A stretch of DNA of 62,649 bases, the filler included, from Phoronis australis (lineage: Eukaryota; Animalia; Phoronida), in assembly GCA_002633005.1 (NCBI GenBank). It is 3 parts of 3 records of this genome, joined end to end, with 100 filler letters (N's around TTAATTAATTAA, not from the genome) between each part and the next. Parts side by side here need not be neighbours in the genome. Positions count along the whole stretch, not along the records: positions 55,371 to 62,649 come from NMRA01001171.1; 2 more parts are not named here. One strand, given 5' to 3'. A model generated the notes under the pieces. It made no database searches, was not told where the DNA came from, and worked only from the letters and a program-made list of their open reading frames with translations. Shown here piece after piece: positions 61,546 through 62,649 of this stretch (its first letter is position 1; each line of letters begins with the position of its first letter). The translations under genes were made by a program, and so were the position numbers.

Positions 61546-62451
61546 TTTTATTTACTGCGAGAGGGTCAGAGGGCGAAGGAATGGAAGGGCATCGATTTTA
61601 ACGTTTGGATTTTTGGCGATAGACGTTTCAATTGAGGAGGCGGAATCTCAGGAAAATTCGCGGTTTTTCGGGTTAGGGGAAAATCGTGGAAAGTTTTATG
61701 CCGATTGATGAAACCTTAACCGTTGAAAGTCGGGTTTTTTTTCTTTTCATCTACTGCGAGAAGGTCAGAGGGCCTAGGTATGGAAGGGCATCGATTTCAA
61801 CTGTTGGATTTCCGGCAATAGACGTTTCAAATGAACAAGCGGAATCTCCGGAAAATTCGCGGTTTCTCATGGTAGGACAATGTCGTGCAAATGTTTGCGC
61901 CGATTTACAAAATTCAACCGTTGAAAGTTGAGTTTTTCTCTTTGTCTACTGAGGGAGGACCAAAGGAGCAAGGAATGGAAAGGCATTGATTTTTAACGGT
62001 TGAATTTCAGCTAATAGACGTTTCAAGTGAGGAGGCGGAATCTCCGGAACTTCGCGGTTTTTCGGGGCAGGGCAAAGTCGTGCAAAGTTTTGTGCCGATT
62101 GACGAAAACGCAACCGTTGGAAGTCGAGGTTTTTCTTTTTATCAAGTGAGGGAGGGCCAGAGGACCTAGGAATGGAAGGGAATCGATATCTAACCGTTGG
62201 ATTTCCGGCAATAGACGTTTCAATTGAGGAAGTGGAATCTCCGGAAAATTCGCGGTTTTTCGGAGTAGGGAAAAGTCGTGCAAAGTCTTGCGTCGATTAA
62301 CGATAACTCAACCATTCAAGTCGGTTTTTCTTCTTTTTGTCTACTGAGGAGGGCCAAAGGACCTAGGGATGGAACAACATCGACTTTTAACGGTTGGATT
62401 TCCGGCAATAGACGTTTCAATTGAGGAGGCGGAATCTCCGGAAAATTCGCG
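61546..62451. repeat. ~197-bp satellite, ~4.6 copies, embedded in the decamer satellite
   Basis: AGACGTTTCAA anchors at 61621, 61820, 62016, 62213 and 62410 (spacing 199/196/197/197). Confidence 0.95.
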
Positions 62452-62649
62452 ATCCGTGGTGGCCAATGAAGTCCGATGGAAACCAGTGGAGACCCGTGTT
62501 CGCGCAGAGGCCAATGGAGACGAGTGGACGGCACTAGAAGCAAGTAAAGGCCATTGGAGGCCAGTGTAGCCAAGTGGAGGCCAGTCCAGGACAGTGGAGG
62601 AAACTGGAGGCCGGTGAATTCCAGAGAAGTCTAGCGAAGACCACTGGAG
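62452..62649. repeat. Decamer satellite GGCCAGTGGA resumes
   Basis: Same motif as 55371-61545. Confidence 0.9.

Noticed and set aside
61655-61675. CENP-B box in the 197-bp satellite (TTCG...CGGG)
   Set aside because: Spacing is 8 nt rather than 7 and the conserved A is missing.

Overview
This is AT-rich, intron-containing animal genomic DNA, probably from a marine invertebrate (inferred from GT-AG introns, TE families and TACATGTA enrichment). It consists of three separately assembled pieces (1-31707, 31808-55270, 55371-62649) joined by two artificial 100-nt linkers (N44-TTAATTAATTAA-N44), so adjacency across the linkers is not established. Two spliced + strand genes could be assembled by hand, largely missed by the ORF track. 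(1) A 5'-partial-to-linker ankyrin-repeat gene (8 exons, 14632-31659) with essentially one phase-0 exon per repeat. It includes a recently duplicated repeat exon whose 10 nucleotide differences all lie in codons that changed amino acid, mostly on the ankyrin binding face. (2) A complete 4-exon, 165-aa secreted Cys-rich protein (37299-43148) resembling PCSK9 C-terminal/resistin-like modules with no protease domain, followed by a decayed partial duplicate. The rest is TE and satellite DNA: a decayed Academ DNA transposon (49211-53152, TAGA TSD), L1/Tx1 and CR1/L2-type LINE relics, tRNA-derived SINE heads, several MITEs, tandem arrays of 27, 70, 83, ~140, ~197, ~209 and ~435 bp, and a ~6-kb GGCCAG(T/C)GGA decamer satellite. 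Four paralogous pairs show TA to TACATGTA or TACTGTA insertions, matching Tc1/mariner excision footprints and plausibly explaining the >40 TACATGTA sites. No prokaryotic systems, CRISPR arrays, rRNA or intact tRNA genes were found.
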